DNA from: a virus
Lineage: Duplodnaviria > Caudoviricetes
Length of the DNA stretch: 64,000 nucleotides
Virus record (IMG/VR): IMGVR_UViG_3300033172_000001
Span: 2,157-66,156 of that record
Strand: one strand, 5' to 3'
The notes beneath the pieces are model-generated. The model did no database searches and had not been told where the DNA came from. It worked only from the letters and a program-made list of their open reading frames with translations. Each line of letters opens with the position of its first letter. Within the stretch, counting starts at the first letter, position 1. The translations under genes were made by a program, and so were the position numbers. Shown here one piece after another: positions 62,945 to 64,000 of the stretch.

Positions 62945-64000
62945 ATGGCAAACAATCTTGCAGAAATAAACATTACGGAACTTGATTTTGATCTTATCAA
63001 GAAAAATTTAATTGATTATTTCAAAGCCGATCCTACTTTTTCTGACTATGAATTTGAAGGATCGGCTTTGAATATTTTGATTGATATTCTTGCATATAAC
63101 ACCCACATGAATGCAGTTATGGCAAACATGAGCGCAAATGAAATGTTCATTGACTCTGCCCAAATGCGGTCATCCGTCATTTCAATAGCAAAAGCTCTGG
63201 CGTATACTCCTAGAAGTGTACGAACAGCAAAAGCAGAAATTGAAATTACATTTAACAACGTTTCTGGTTCTCCTGCTTATATAACAATTCCAGCAGGAAC
63301 ACGGTTTTCGTCTAACTCAAAATATATTTTTAGCACGAAAGATCAATATTTTGCCTATCCAACTGACACTGTTGGAGTATATTCTTGTCCCAAACTTGAA
63401 ATTTATGAAGGGATTATGAACGATTTTTCTTATACTGTCAACTATAATGATCCTGATCAACGATTTATTATCCCTAATGTCAATGCCGATATCTCAACAC
63501 TGTCTGTCAGAACATTGTCCGGAGCATCCACAACCGCTTATTCTTTAAATCAAAATATTACTTTGCTGGATCCGTCTTCGCTTGTGTATTTCTTACACGA
63601 AAATCCTTCTGGATATTTTGAAGTTTCTTTCGGTGATAATATCCTTGGAAAACGCCCGATTAATGGAAGCAAAGTTATTCTTTCTTATGTTGTATCAGCA
63701 GGCAAGGAAAATGCAACAAATTCTTCAATTTTTACTCCTTATCAGCCAATTAGTGGATATTCGTCCTACACAATAAAAACGCTTATTTCTGCTTATGGAG
63801 CCGCTGAGAAAGAGTCAAAAGAAGAAATTGCGAATCGGGCACCAAGAATGTACAAGGCGCAACACAGGGCGGTTATTACAGAAGATTATGAAAATTTTAT
63901 GTTACATGAATTTCCGTTCATTGAATCACTTTCTGTTTGGGGAGGTGAGCATAACGACCCACCGATTTATGGTAAAGTTTTCTTCTCAATAAAACCTTCC
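62945..64000 (+). CDS. 6: Baseplate wedge gp6 (5' part; runs off the window)
   Basis: MANNL...ELDFD.IK.NL...FSDYEFEGSALN.L.D.LAYNTH...E.F.DSA..R..V...AK.LAY.PRS...RAVITEDY...WGGE. Confidence 0.92.
   Translation, partial: MANNLAEINITELDFDLIKKNLIDYFKADPTFSDYEFEGSALNILIDILAYNTHMNAVMANMSANEMFIDSAQMRSSVISIAKALAYTPRSVRTAKAEIEITFNNVSGSPAYITIPAGTRFSSNSKYIFSTKDQYFAYPTDTVGVYSCPKLEIYEGIMNDFSYTVNYNDPDQRFIIPNVNADISTLSVRTLSGASTTAYSLNQNITLLDPSSLVYFLHENPSGYFEVSFGDNILGKRPINGSKVILSYVVSAGKENATNSSIFTPYQPISGYSSYTIKTLISAYGAAEKESKEEIANRAPRMYKAQHRAVITEDYENFMLHEFPFIESLSVWGGEHNDPPIYGKVFFSIKPS

Noticed and set aside
1-64000. Stop-codon reassignment
   Set aside because: Core genes are full length in the standard code; the interruptions seen are explained by an intein split or single frameshifts.

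Overview
64 kb of a large, AT-rich, T4-like (myovirus) phage genome, standard genetic code. Core genes: uvsX, gp41, gp61, ATP-dependent DNA ligase, dNMP kinase, class II nrdJ, gp49, RNase H, gp33, gp59, gp32, and a baseplate module (gp29-like tape measure, 51, 26, 54, 2, 4, 48, 53, 27-like, 5, 25, start of 6). There is also a lysis cluster and many small accessory genes behind a family of near-identical early promoters. Most notable features: (1) a run of small genes at 32.9-35.4 kb separated by integron attC-like sites that are inverted relative to the ORFs, with four matching 7-bp core pairs and no integrase in the window; (2) uvsX fractured by an atypically split intein (14-aa N-part) with a free-standing endonuclease gene in the break, whose RBS sits in a hairpin containing a late promoter; (3) a Csx20-like (ring-nuclease family) gene with a 1-nt frameshift, lying between duplicated promoter cassettes; (4) a membrane PAS-domain protein between holin and cell-wall hydrolase; (5) a lambda G/GT-style -1 slippery site joining gp26 to gp51; (6) an RlmN-like radical SAM enzyme lacking the resolving cysteine; (7) an intact IscB/omegaRNA element. 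All protein assignments come from motif recognition by eye; no database searches were run.
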